Assembly: GCA_964630595.1 (NCBI GenBank)
Contig: CAZVVT010000001.1
Coordinates: forward strand, 568,813 to 632,812
Source: an uncultured bacterium
GTDB taxonomy: Bacteria; Chlamydiota; Chlamydiia; Chlamydiales; VFKH01
DNA length: 64,000 nt
Direction of reading: 5' to 3'
The translations under genes were made by a program, and so were the position numbers. Under the pieces are notes generated by a model. It was not told the origin of the DNA. It worked only from the letters and a program-made list of their open reading frames with translations, and made no database searches. Shown here piece after piece: positions 12,719-22,119 of this stretch (position 1 is its first letter; every line of letters starts with the position of its first letter).

Positions 12719-13675
12719 ATGGCAGCAGCAGGTGGGGCAGCTTCGGGAGCTGGGGGCTTTGATCGGACACAGACGGAGCTTCTTAAGCTTCAGGATTCAG
12801 GTCATGTCTTGGGAAGGCACAAGGTCTCTCGTGTTGTGGTTGCTATAGCAAGAGAATCTCTTGAGTCGGGTGCCACTCCTTACGAGAAGGTGCCTGATGC
12901 GGAGGTGCGGGAGATGCTACGGTCTTTTCGTGAATTAAGGCCTGACGCCAGCGGTCCCATTGACGCTATTTTGGCTCGGATAAAAGCTCCTCAAACGCCT
13001 TCTGCAAGCAAACGTCTTCCCAAAGACGTCATCGGTGAAATCGGAGCGATACTTGGGGCCAAAGAGGTTCAAGAGCGCTTCATTGAGGCTGGCGAAGAGG
13101 ATAATGCTGAGGTTCTGCAGTTTCTTTGGCAAAATTTCCAAGACCAATTAGATGATGCCACTATCCAAAAGGTCTTTAATGGTGCCGTTGAACGGGGACG
13201 CACCCATGTTTTACGATGGTTTGGAGACATTCCAGAGCTTTTAAATCGCTTGGGTAATGACAAAATCAGGCAAGCCTTCCGCTCTGTCTTAGCCGATACG
13301 CCGTGGACACTAGGTGCTCTAAAAGGTTTCGCTCATCCAGCCATTGTTCCTCGCCTGGATCCCTTTTGGATCCGAATGATGTTCACAAGTGCTGCAAATG
13401 TGGATAAGAGAGAAACCGTAAAGTGGTTTTGCAATACCCCCATCTTCGCTGCTCACCTCGATACAGGCCCCGATGATGATCTGATTCGAAACACTTTTCA
13501 ATACGCTGCGGAATTTGGACGCCTCCCTATTGTGAAGGAGATTCATGCGCATTTTGCGGCGTGCCTAAATATGCGCACGATCAGAGAGTCTCTCTACCGT
13601 GCGAAGCAGAATGGTCACACCGATATGGTGCAATGGCTTCGCACCACTTTCCGAGAGCTTGAATTTCAGGGCTAA
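12719..13675 (+). CDS. Hypothetical repeat protein with ankyrin-like helical hairpins, inserted between bioB and bioF
   Basis: Four copies of the pattern I(R/Q)xxFxxAxxxG(R/H)xxxVxW(F/L): AVERGRTHVLRWF, SAANVDKRETVKWF, AAEFGRLPIVKEI, AKQNGHTDMVQWL. Confidence 0.5.
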   Translation: MAAAGGAASGAGGFDRTQTELLKLQDSGHVLGRHKVSRVVVAIARESLESGATPYEKVPDAEVREMLRSFRELRPDASGPIDAILARIKAPQTPSASKRLPKDVIGEIGAILGAKEVQERFIEAGEEDNAEVLQFLWQNFQDQLDDATIQKVFNGAVERGRTHVLRWFGDIPELLNRLGNDKIRQAFRSVLADTPWTLGALKGFAHPAIVPRLDPFWIRMMFTSAANVDKRETVKWFCNTPIFAAHLDTGPDDDLIRNTFQYAAEFGRLPIVKEIHAHFAACLNMRTIRESLYRAKQNGHTDMVQWLRTTFRELEFQG

Positions 13676-13745
13676 TCCTTTTAGGGAATATTTTCACTAA
13701 CCAATTGTTCTACATGCTACCCTTCTGCTCTCAGAATCAGGTGTA

Positions 13746-14744
13746 ATGGACTTTCTTTTAGATCGACTTCAAGCGCGCGGCGCACTGAGAAGACGCCTTG
13801 TTGCACCGCAGCAAGGATTTGTTGATTTTGCCTCGAACGATTACTTAGGCCTCGCTAAGCGCGCTCACGCACCCCTACAAGGTTCGACAGGCTCGCGTCT
13901 GCTCACCGGCAACCAGAAAAAGTTTGAGGAGGTCGAAGAGCGCATTGCGCACTACTTCGGCGCGGAAAGCGCCCTCATCTACAGCGCCGGCTACACTGCC
14001 AACCTCGGCCTGATTTCGTGTGTTGCGCAAGAAGGAGACGCCATCTTCTTCGACACCGAGGCACACGCCTCCATCCACGACGGCATCGCTCTTTCGAAAG
14101 CCGCCGCCTACCCCTTTCGCCACAACGATCTTGCGCATCTCGAAGAGCGCCTCAAGATTTCCGCGCACCAACGCTTCGTTCTTGTCGAGTCGCTCTACTC
14201 CATCAGCGGCGACTTCGCTCCGCTCGTAGAGCTGCACGCGCTGTGCGAGCGCTACGGCGCTCATCTCATCGTCGACGAAGCGCACACCTCCGGCCTCTAC
14301 GACTGCCCCATTCAGCCCTTTGCACGCATGATCGGCTTCGGCAAAGCATTCGGCTTTCATGGCGCCGCCATCGTCGGCAGCGCACTACTCAAAGAGTACC
14401 TCATCAACTTCTCGCGCAGCTTGATCTACTCCACAGCGCCCTCCTTTTTCCATGTCATTGGCGATCTTCTTACCATCGACCTCGCCCCTTTGCGCGCACA
14501 ACTCTTCTCCCTCTGCCGTTCACCGATCATCCCCATCTACGTGGACGATCCTCGCGCGCTCTCTGCAGAGCTAGCACGAGAAGGCTTTGACATTCGCCCC
14601 ATTCTCTCTCCCACGACACGCAAACCCTGTTTGCGCCTCGTAGTTCACGCCTTTAACACCCCAGAACAGATCCAATCCCTCAAAACATGTCTCCAAAAAT
14701 TGTGGTCGCCGGCATTGGCACAGATGTCGGAAAGACTCTTGTAG
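13746..14744 (+). CDS. bioF: 8-amino-7-oxononanoate synthase
   Basis: FASNDYLGLA, VDEAHTSG, PLP-lysine region GFGKAFGFHGAAI. Position in the bio cluster. Confidence 0.85.
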   Translation: MDFLLDRLQARGALRRRLVAPQQGFVDFASNDYLGLAKRAHAPLQGSTGSRLLTGNQKKFEEVEERIAHYFGAESALIYSAGYTANLGLISCVAQEGDAIFFDTEAHASIHDGIALSKAAAYPFRHNDLAHLEERLKISAHQRFVLVESLYSISGDFAPLVELHALCERYGAHLIVDEAHTSGLYDCPIQPFARMIGFGKAFGFHGAAIVGSALLKEYLINFSRSLIYSTAPSFFHVIGDLLTIDLAPLRAQLFSLCRSPIIPIYVDDPRALSAELAREGFDIRPILSPTTRKPCLRLVVHAFNTPEQIQSLKTCLQKLWSPALAQMSERLL

Positions 14745-15259
14745 CTGCACTCATCGCGCGCAAATTGGGCTATTCGTACTGGAAGCCCATTCAGTGCGGC
14801 CTGCCCAAAGATAGCGACTTCGTGAAGGAGTTCGCCCCCGTAATCCCCGAAGCCTACTGCTTGCAAACGCCCTGCAGCCCACACGAAGCCGCTGCACGCG
14901 AAGGAGTTGTCTTCGGCGATCTGCGGGCGCCCAACATTCCGCTCGTCATTGAACCAGCCGGCGGACTCATGGTGCCCATCGACCACCGCCTCTTCATCGA
15001 TCTCGACTGGGACGCTGAATGGGTGCTCGTCTCGCGCTACTACTTGGGCTCCATCAACCACACACTGCTTTCCGCTCACCTTTTGCGCAGCCGCGGCGTG
15101 CGCGTTAAGGGCATTGTCTTCAACGGCATGGAAAATCCCTACACGAAAAAGGCCATTCTAGCTCAATCTGGACTCACAGAACTTTTTTCGATACCCGAAA
15201 TTAATGGACCTATTAACGCGCGACTTCCAGAGTTGCTGGCATCCGTTCGCCTCAGCTAA
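14687..15259 (+). CDS. bioD: Dethiobiotin synthetase
   Basis: N-terminal P-loop VVAGIGTDVGKT, about 190 aa, between bioF and bioA. Confidence 0.85.
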   Translation: MSPKIVVAGIGTDVGKTLVAALIARKLGYSYWKPIQCGLPKDSDFVKEFAPVIPEAYCLQTPCSPHEAAAREGVVFGDLRAPNIPLVIEPAGGLMVPIDHRLFIDLDWDAEWVLVSRYYLGSINHTLLSAHLLRSRGVRVKGIVFNGMENPYTKKAILAQSGLTELFSIPEINGPINARLPELLASVRLS

Positions 15260-16382
15260 CGACCACTACTTGCCCGTCGTTGCCGCGGAGGGCGAGTGGC
15301 TCATCGCCGAAGGCGGACAGCGCTACCTCGATGCCACCTCCTCATGGTGGTGCAATCTGCACGGCCACTGCCATCCCCACATCGTGCAGGCCATCGCCAC
15401 CCAAGCCGCCACTCTCGACCACGTTCTCTTCGGCAGCGCCACACATCCACAAGCCGTGCGCCTCGCAGAACGGCTTCTTGCGCTCACCGGCTTCGACAAG
15501 GTCTTCTTCTCCGACAATGGATCGACAGCGGTTGAATCAGCACTGAAGATGGCCATCCAATCCTCCAAACGCCGAGGGCCCATCCTCACGCTGAAAAACA
15601 GCTACCACGGCGACACCTTCGGATCGATGTCAGTGGCAAAGAGCGCCTTCCACACTCCCTTCGCCCCGTACTGCTTTCCCACCATCGCACTCGACCCCGC
15701 TCATCTCGATCTCACTCCTTATCTAGATCAAGAGCCCCTTCTCTTCATCTATGAGCCCGCCATCCAGGGCGCTGCCGGCATGCGCCCTTATTCCACGATT
15801 GCTCTCGACGAAATCATCGGCCAATGCCGTCGCTGGGGCATTCTCACCATCGCCGACGAGGTAATGACAGGCTTTGGTCGCACCGGCCCTCTCTTCGTCT
15901 CCTCTGCTTTGCGCCACCAGCCGGACTTTCTCTGCCTCTCGAAGGGAATCACAGGGGGCACGCTGCCCATGGCCGCCACACTCACCTCCAACGCCATTTT
16001 CCGCTCCATCGACCGCTTCCTGCACGGCCACACCTACACGGCCAACCCCATTGCGTGCGCCGCCGCCAACGCCAGCCTCGACCTCCTCGCGGGCTCTAAC
16101 CGCACCCACATCGAGCAGGCCTTCCAACGCCTCAAAACGCTGAAGGCGCCGCGCGTAACCGTCCTCGGCACCATCGCTGCCATCGAACTGCCCTCCTCCG
16201 CCGGTGTTGTCGACCACTTCCTCCAGCGCGGCATTTTAGTGCGCCCGCTGGGCAATGTACTCTACTTCATGCCCCCCTACTGCATTAGCGACGAAGCCCT
16301 TAACCTCCTGATCGAAGCTGTTTATGAACTCCCTGCTCTCCAAAATCGCCGCCAACCCTCAGCTGCATATTCGCTGGCTTAA
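15204..16382 (+). CDS. bioA: Adenosylmethionine-8-amino-7-oxononanoate aminotransferase
   Basis: CWHPF, SSWWCNLHGH, DEVMTGFGRTG, PLP-lysine LCLSKGITGG, C-terminal LYFMPPYCIS. Collinear with E. coli BioA. Confidence 0.9.
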   Translation: MDLLTRDFQSCWHPFASANDHYLPVVAAEGEWLIAEGGQRYLDATSSWWCNLHGHCHPHIVQAIATQAATLDHVLFGSATHPQAVRLAERLLALTGFDKVFFSDNGSTAVESALKMAIQSSKRRGPILTLKNSYHGDTFGSMSVAKSAFHTPFAPYCFPTIALDPAHLDLTPYLDQEPLLFIYEPAIQGAAGMRPYSTIALDEIIGQCRRWGILTIADEVMTGFGRTGPLFVSSALRHQPDFLCLSKGITGGTLPMAATLTSNAIFRSIDRFLHGHTYTANPIACAAANASLDLLAGSNRTHIEQAFQRLKTLKAPRVTVLGTIAAIELPSSAGVVDHFLQRGILVRPLGNVLYFMPPYCISDEALNLLIEAVYELPALQNRRQPSAAYSLA

Positions 16383-16905
16383 CACCCTCTCGTACTTGGA
16401 GAATTGCGGCGCGCGCAAAATTGCCGCCTGCCAACACTCCACTAAAGTACAGCGAGAAATGCTCAAGCACGCCGCGGAGGAGTTTCGCCACGCCTTCCAC
16501 CTCAAAGAACAGATCCGCAAACTGACCACCCACCCACCCATCGACTACAGCCCCGATACAATGCTGGGCGCAAGCGCCAGCTTGCAGTACCTCAATCGCC
16601 TCGACATCGAAGTCTGCCGCTTCCTGAAAGCCAATGGCTACAGTCCCATTCGCGATATTGCCTACCTTTTAGTGACCTATGCCATTGAGCTGAGAGCAGA
16701 TGCGCTCTATCCCGAGTACCACAAGGCGCTGAAGTCAACGAAGTCAACCGTCACGGTCAAATCCATCATGCTGGAGGAAGAAGAGCACCTGCGTGAGATG
16801 GAGGAGCAGCTCAAAGCCTATCCCGAATCCCTCAAAAAGATGGCCATTGATCTGGAAGCCACCCTCTTTGAAAATTGGTTGCGCAGCATAGAGGCTACCC
16901 TTTAA
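16324..16905 (+). CDS. Ferritin-like di-iron carboxylate protein of unknown function, last gene of the bio cluster
   Basis: 193 aa with the ligand pattern E / ExxH / E / ExxH: LENCGARKI, AAEEFRHAFH, YAIELRAD, LEEEEHLREM. Its start overlaps the bioA tail by 59 nt. Confidence 0.6.
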   Translation: MNSLLSKIAANPQLHIRWLNTLSYLENCGARKIAACQHSTKVQREMLKHAAEEFRHAFHLKEQIRKLTTHPPIDYSPDTMLGASASLQYLNRLDIEVCRFLKANGYSPIRDIAYLLVTYAIELRADALYPEYHKALKSTKSTVTVKSIMLEEEEHLREMEEQLKAYPESLKKMAIDLEATLFENWLRSIEATL

Positions 16906-16917
16906 AGTGGTGGTGTG

Positions 16918-17349
16918 ATGGACTTTACAAAACTTCAGCAAGATCTCGCCGAAATTTTAGAGGAAGTGAAGAGGACTCTTCAACTTCCCATCGATGCCAA
17001 AGGCAATCTGCAACCCGGCGCTAGTCTCACTCTGGAAGATCTCGAAAAACTCCTGAGTCGCACGCAGGGCATGGTCGATCAGCTCAACAGCCGCGCCGAA
17101 GCGGTCGCAAAAGAGTCCGGCATGACCCGCGAAGAGATGGCGGAAAAGCTCAAAGATCCTAAAAACTTCTCTCCCGAAGAGTGGCAAACTCTCCAGGCGA
17201 TGAAGAAACAGGTCGAGCAGTTCCAGAACATGCTCAAGCGTACCGTCGTGATGCAAGGCGATGAAAAGCGTATCTCTCACGAACGCGAGCGCCTCAAACA
17301 GACCGGCAACCCCGAAATCCTGAAGCAAAAAAGCTGGATGAAACTGTAA
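16918..17349 (+). CDS. Hypothetical charged coiled-coil protein
   Basis: 143-aa ORF from ATG 16918 (GTG at 16915 in the ORF track). Lys/Glu-rich with no recognisable motifs. Confidence 0.45.
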   Translation: MDFTKLQQDLAEILEEVKRTLQLPIDAKGNLQPGASLTLEDLEKLLSRTQGMVDQLNSRAEAVAKESGMTREEMAEKLKDPKNFSPEEWQTLQAMKKQVEQFQNMLKRTVVMQGDEKRISHERERLKQTGNPEILKQKSWMKL

Positions 17350-17406
17350 TTATTTACGGTTTCTTTTTTCTTTGTAGTTCCCTATTCTTGCCACCTCGAT
17401 TAGTTC

Positions 17407-19554
17407 ATGCTTCGACGTTGGCTTCTTCTATTTCTGCTTCCCCTGACGATCTTTTCCGATACCTGCATGGAAGAACTCATGCGCGATTTGAAAACGGTCG
17501 AGTGTGTGGAAGAGCGATCACGTTCTGATCGCTTGCCGTTGATCTATAACTACTACGGTCAAGTCGGTACACTCGCCCTGCCCTCTGCGCGCGCGGCCCG
17601 CATGGGTGAATTGACGGGTGGTTACACCTACCTCTATCCCTACCACGACTACTTCATGACGATGCAGTTCTTCGAACGCATGGAGCTGTCGGGCATCTAC
17701 CGCGTCTTCAGCGGTATGCAAGATGACTTGTTGAGCCCCTTGGGTTTTGGCGACTTTTCAGACAAGGGAGCCAGCGTCAAATTCAACTTCATGTTGCCCG
17801 AAGATACCGGCTTTGTGCTGCCGGGCATTGCCGTCGGTGTGAATGACTTTTTGGGCACCGATCGCTTCTTCGGTCAGTATGTTGTCGCCACGCAAGTTCT
17901 GCCCGACCTCAACACGGAGATTTCGGCCGGTATCGGCTTTGGTTATTTGCACGGCATTTTTGGATCAGCGGCCATCACACCCATGCGCACCTGGTGCTGG
18001 CCGTGGAATACGCTCACCTTCATCGGGGAATATGACCCCATCGACTACGAAGCGGTAGAGCCGCACCTGCGTGGACGCAAAAAGAGCTCGAAATCCAACT
18101 TCGGCGCACAATGGGGTTGGAACCGTTGGCTACGCTTCGCTGTATCGCGCTGGCGCGGCGAGGTGACGACGATTTCGGGATCGTTGACGTGGGACATTGG
18201 AACCACACAAGGCTTCTTCCCCAAAGTCAAAAACCCTTGCCAGTACACTGCGCCCGCCAACAAACAGGCGATGGGGCGCATCAGGCCCAAGCGCAGTGTG
18301 ATCGAAGAGATCGGCTTTGCTTTAGATACTCAAGGCTTCATTTTGATGGAGGCCACGCTCGAGCCAGGCTGCCAAAGCGGACGCAAGCACCTGCGCCTTG
18401 TCGTCATCAACGAGCAATGGCGCGATGAATGCGAAGTGCACCAGCGCCTAGCCAGCCTGCTCGCCTTTGCCACGCCTAGCAACATCGAGACGGTGACGGT
18501 AGTTCTCGATGCCGACAGCATTAAGTGCCAACAGTACACCTTTCGCCAGCATGACTTAACGCTCTACACCTGCGGCAAACTCTCTGCAGCGGAACTGCGC
18601 GTACTCTCACCGATGAGCGAGGTGACCTGTCCCGGGCCTTGCGCAGAAACACTCTTCAAGAAAAAAGAATTGGTCTTTGATTGGGGCCTGCGCCCACGCT
18701 TTAGAACCTTCTTCGGCGCTGCGCAGGGCAAATTCAAATACGCGCTCGACTTGATCTTCCCGATGGAGGGGTACATCTGGAATGACCTCTACTGGCGCTT
18801 TGTTCCCGGCTGGACGCCGCTCTCCACAGCGCAAGGACTGGGCTCGTATGATATTCTCAACCCCTCACGTCTGCTCAACGTTCACAGCGACTTAATCCTC
18901 TACTACCAAAAGAGGGACTTCCGCGTGGAGCAGGCCTTCTTGCAACAGGCCCTCAACCTACACCCCGCGCTCTACTTCCGCGCAACGGCGGGTATCGTCG
19001 ACATTGCCTACGCAGGCTTGGGCTCTGAGCTGCTCTACTACCCGGTCAATTCAAAATGGGCTCTGGGTCTAGAAGGGGGCGTCTGGCGCAAGCGCGCCTA
19101 CAGCGGTTGGGGCTTCCAAAGCAAACTGCGCAAGTTTCCTCCCGGAGGCATCATCGCCTCCGCCAGCCAAGCCGAGTGGTTCTCCTATAATGTGCTCCCT
19201 GAGTACTTCCTCGACCTCTATTACGGTTTTGACTTTGCTCCGCTCAGCGTCAAGTTCAGCCTCGGCCAATTTATGGCGGGTGACTTTGGACTGAAAACCG
19301 AGCTCTTCCGCTACTTCCCCAGCGGCCTACGCCTTTCGCTCTGGTACACCGTCACGAACGGCAATGATAAGGTCAACGGCACGACCTACCATGACAAGGG
19401 CATCTCCTTCTCGATGCCGCTCGACATCATCTTCAAAGAGACATCGCGCATCCGCTTCGGCTACGCCATGTCGGCTTGGCTGCGCGACGTAGGCTACCGC
19501 CTCGACTTCGGTCGCCCCCTCTACCCCACCATCTATGAAGAGCGTCACTATTAA
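17407..19554 (+). CDS. YjbH-family outer membrane protein
   Basis: Signal peptide. Collinear with E. coli YjbH: LPSARAARMGELTGGY, DKGASVKFNF...LPGIAVGVNDFLGTDRFFGQYVVATQV, GSELLYYPVNSKWALGLEG, SLGQFMAGDFG, KGISFSMPLD. Confidence 0.8.
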   Translation: MLRRWLLLFLLPLTIFSDTCMEELMRDLKTVECVEERSRSDRLPLIYNYYGQVGTLALPSARAARMGELTGGYTYLYPYHDYFMTMQFFERMELSGIYRVFSGMQDDLLSPLGFGDFSDKGASVKFNFMLPEDTGFVLPGIAVGVNDFLGTDRFFGQYVVATQVLPDLNTEISAGIGFGYLHGIFGSAAITPMRTWCWPWNTLTFIGEYDPIDYEAVEPHLRGRKKSSKSNFGAQWGWNRWLRFAVSRWRGEVTTISGSLTWDIGTTQGFFPKVKNPCQYTAPANKQAMGRIRPKRSVIEEIGFALDTQGFILMEATLEPGCQSGRKHLRLVVINEQWRDECEVHQRLASLLAFATPSNIETVTVVLDADSIKCQQYTFRQHDLTLYTCGKLSAAELRVLSPMSEVTCPGPCAETLFKKKELVFDWGLRPRFRTFFGAAQGKFKYALDLIFPMEGYIWNDLYWRFVPGWTPLSTAQGLGSYDILNPSRLLNVHSDLILYYQKRDFRVEQAFLQQALNLHPALYFRATAGIVDIAYAGLGSELLYYPVNSKWALGLEGGVWRKRAYSGWGFQSKLRKFPPGGIIASASQAEWFSYNVLPEYFLDLYYGFDFAPLSVKFSLGQFMAGDFGLKTELFRYFPSGLRLSLWYTVTNGNDKVNGTTYHDKGISFSMPLDIIFKETSRIRFGYAMSAWLRDVGYRLDFGRPLYPTIYEERHY

Positions 19555-20719
19555 ACCCGGACATCTGTCCGGCTGCGTCGTTGTCCCGCCCTCCAAATCC
19601 AACAGTCTGCGCGCTCTGCTCTTTGCCTCTCTATCGGATCAACCCAGCCGCATCGAAAATCTCCTCGCTTCTCCCGATACCGAATGCATGCAGCGCGCTC
19701 TCCACCATATCAAAGAAGGTTTGCCTATCGACTGCGGCAACTCAGGGCTAACCTTCCGCTTCATTACCGCTCTCGCTGCTCTCCAAAGCCGTCCTATCAC
19801 CATCACCGGCGACCACTCATTGCAAGCCCTGCGTCCCTCTCACGCACTCATCGAAGGGCTGCAGCAACTTGGATGCCGCGTCATCTCCAACGGCTTTGCT
19901 CCCATCACCGTCCACGGACCCTTGCGCGGTGGCCACGCACTTCTCTCCGGCCGCGACTCGCAGCCCATCTCTGCACTTCTCATCGCCTGCTCTCTCGCTG
20001 ACGGCCCTACCACACTCACTGTCGAACCGATGGGCGAAAAGCCGTGGATTGCGCTCACGCTCTCCTGGCTCAAACGCGCCGGCATCGATATCACACAAAC
20101 GGGCAACCGGTTTCATCTTCCCGGAAACGCACGTCCCCAACCACTCAACATCACCATCGGCGGAGATTGGAGCAGCGCCGCTTTTCCCCTCGCTGCTGGC
20201 CTTCTCTCCGGTCCGATCGAACTGACCGGCCTCGATCACAGCGACGGCCAAGGCGACCGCGCCCTCCTCGACGTTCTCGCGCGCATGAATGCCGACATCA
20301 CTCTCACACCAACAGGCCTCATTGCTCGCCACTCGCAGCTGCAGGGCACCGACATCGACGCTGATGACATCATCGACGCCGTCCCCATCCTCGCTGTCCT
20401 CTGCTGCTTCGCGCAAACGCCCTCGCGCATCTACAACGCCCACCAAGCGCGCCTCAAAGAGTGCGACCGCCTCCACACCATGACCACCGAGCTTGCCAAA
20501 ATGGGCGCGCGCATTACTGAAGCTGATGACGGCCTCACCATCCACCCCGCGCAACTGCACGGCGCTGCTCTCGATAGCCACTGCGACCACCGCGTCGCCA
20601 TGGCCCTCACCATCGCCGCTCTGCACGCAAAAGGCGAAAGCACCCTCACGGGCTCTTCCTGGGCCGCCAAAACCTACCCCGATTTCTTTTCTGTCGTTAG
20701 AAGATTAACGAACCTTTAA
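19535..20719 (+). CDS. aroA: 3-phosphoshikimate 1-carboxyvinyltransferase (EPSP synthase)
   Basis: N-terminus MKSVTIKPGHLSGCVVVPPSKSNSLRALLFA parallels E. coli AroA. First gene of the aro operon. Confidence 0.9.
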   Translation: MKSVTIKPGHLSGCVVVPPSKSNSLRALLFASLSDQPSRIENLLASPDTECMQRALHHIKEGLPIDCGNSGLTFRFITALAALQSRPITITGDHSLQALRPSHALIEGLQQLGCRVISNGFAPITVHGPLRGGHALLSGRDSQPISALLIACSLADGPTTLTVEPMGEKPWIALTLSWLKRAGIDITQTGNRFHLPGNARPQPLNITIGGDWSSAAFPLAAGLLSGPIELTGLDHSDGQGDRALLDVLARMNADITLTPTGLIARHSQLQGTDIDADDIIDAVPILAVLCCFAQTPSRIYNAHQARLKECDRLHTMTTELAKMGARITEADDGLTIHPAQLHGAALDSHCDHRVAMALTIAALHAKGESTLTGSSWAAKTYPDFFSVVRRLTNL

Positions 20720-20731
20720 GCTATACAAACA

Positions 20732-21133
20732 ATGAGAGTCGTTCTTTTTGGGCCACCGTGTGGAGGCAAAACGTGGATTGCGAAACACTACGCAAACTAT
20801 TTTGACCTCGATGAAGCCATTGCCGAGCGGACAGGGCGCACGCCACGCGAAATTCCGGAGAAGGAGTTTCGTGCACTAGAGAAAGAGATGCTCCACACGA
20901 TTGGCGATCAGCAGGTGATTGCCGTCGGCGGGGGCACGGTGCTCGATCCGGAGAATGCCGCCTTTCTAAAGAAGCTGGGGTTGATGGTGTTGGTGCTGCC
21001 CTCCGAAGAGACCCTGCGCGCGCGACTGACCAAAATGGGGCGGGAATACCTGATTCCAGAACTGGCCAAGAGGAAGGGGACGTACGAAGCGCTAGCCGAT
21101 ATCATCGTCGATCCCACACAATGGGAGGCGTGA
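20732..21133 (+). CDS. aroK: Shikimate kinase
   Basis: Walker A LFGPPCGGKTW, 133 aa, between aroA and aroC. Confidence 0.8.
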   Translation: MRVVLFGPPCGGKTWIAKHYANYFDLDEAIAERTGRTPREIPEKEFRALEKEMLHTIGDQQVIAVGGGTVLDPENAAFLKKLGLMVLVLPSEETLRARLTKMGREYLIPELAKRKGTYEALADIIVDPTQWEA

Positions 21134-22119
21134 ATCGTTTTGGCCTGCGCTATACCTTTACTACCTTCGGCGAATCCCACGGCCCGCAGATCGGTGTCGT
21201 CATCGACGGCTGCCCCGCCGGCTTAGAGCTGAGTGAAGCGGACATCCAGGCTGAGCTCGACAGACGTGCCCCCGGCAACCACCCCTTCGCCTCACCACGC
21301 AAAGAGCCCGACTGCGCCCGCATCGTCTCCGGCGTCTTCGAGGGCATAACAACCGGCGCACCCATCGCTGTGGTCATCGAAAACCGCGACGTCGACTCCT
21401 CTAAGTACGAAGCGATGAAAGACCTTCTGCGCCCAGGTCACGCCAATGGCCCCTACCTCGCCAAGTATGGCCACTTCGACTGGCGCGGCGGCGGCCGAGC
21501 CTCTGCGCGCGAAACCGTCGGCCGAGTCATTGCCGGCGCCATCGCCAAAAAACTCCTCAAAGACATCACCATTACCGCCCACATCGATCGCATTGGACCC
21601 CACTTGCCCAACGAAGCATTGCATCTGTTGCAAGAGGTTAAGGATCAAGGAGATAGCATCGGTGGCATCATTCGCTTTGAGGCACACGGTGTGCCTGCAG
21701 GGCTGGGCGATCCGATCTACCAGCGGCTCGATGCACGCTTAAGCTATGCCCTGATGAGCATTCCTTCTACAAAAGGCGTGGAGATCGGCAGCGGCTTTGA
21801 GGCGGCGCTGATGCGCGGCTCGCAGTGCAACGACCTCTACGAAAGCGCTACGACAACGGCCACCAACCACAGCGGCGGTATCTTGGCCGGCATCTCCAAC
21901 GGCATGCCGATCTTTGGCCGCGTTGCCTTCAAACCAACCTCCTCGATTGCTCAACCACAAGCCACCGTCACCACAACCGGACAGCCCGCAACCCTCGAAT
22001 TGCCTCCAGGCTCACGCCACGACCCCTGTCAACTCTTCCGCGCACTGCCGATTGTAGAAGCCATGGTCGCTGTCGTGCTTGCCGACGCATGGCTGCTCAA
22101 CCGCACCTCCAAATTATGA
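21121..22119 (+). CDS. aroC: Chorismate synthase
   Basis: FTTFGESHGPQIG, RPGHANGPYLAKYG, GGGRASARET signatures. Confidence 0.93.
   Translation: MGGVNRFGLRYTFTTFGESHGPQIGVVIDGCPAGLELSEADIQAELDRRAPGNHPFASPRKEPDCARIVSGVFEGITTGAPIAVVIENRDVDSSKYEAMKDLLRPGHANGPYLAKYGHFDWRGGGRASARETVGRVIAGAIAKKLLKDITITAHIDRIGPHLPNEALHLLQEVKDQGDSIGGIIRFEAHGVPAGLGDPIYQRLDARLSYALMSIPSTKGVEIGSGFEAALMRGSQCNDLYESATTTATNHSGGILAGISNGMPIFGRVAFKPTSSIAQPQATVTTTGQPATLELPPGSRHDPCQLFRALPIVEAMVAVVLADAWLLNRTSKL

Noticed and set aside
21825-22115. N-terminal 97-aa extension of the aroB ORF
   Set aside because: It lies inside aroC in another frame. ATG 22116 gives the usual ATGA coupling and the conserved AroB N-terminus.
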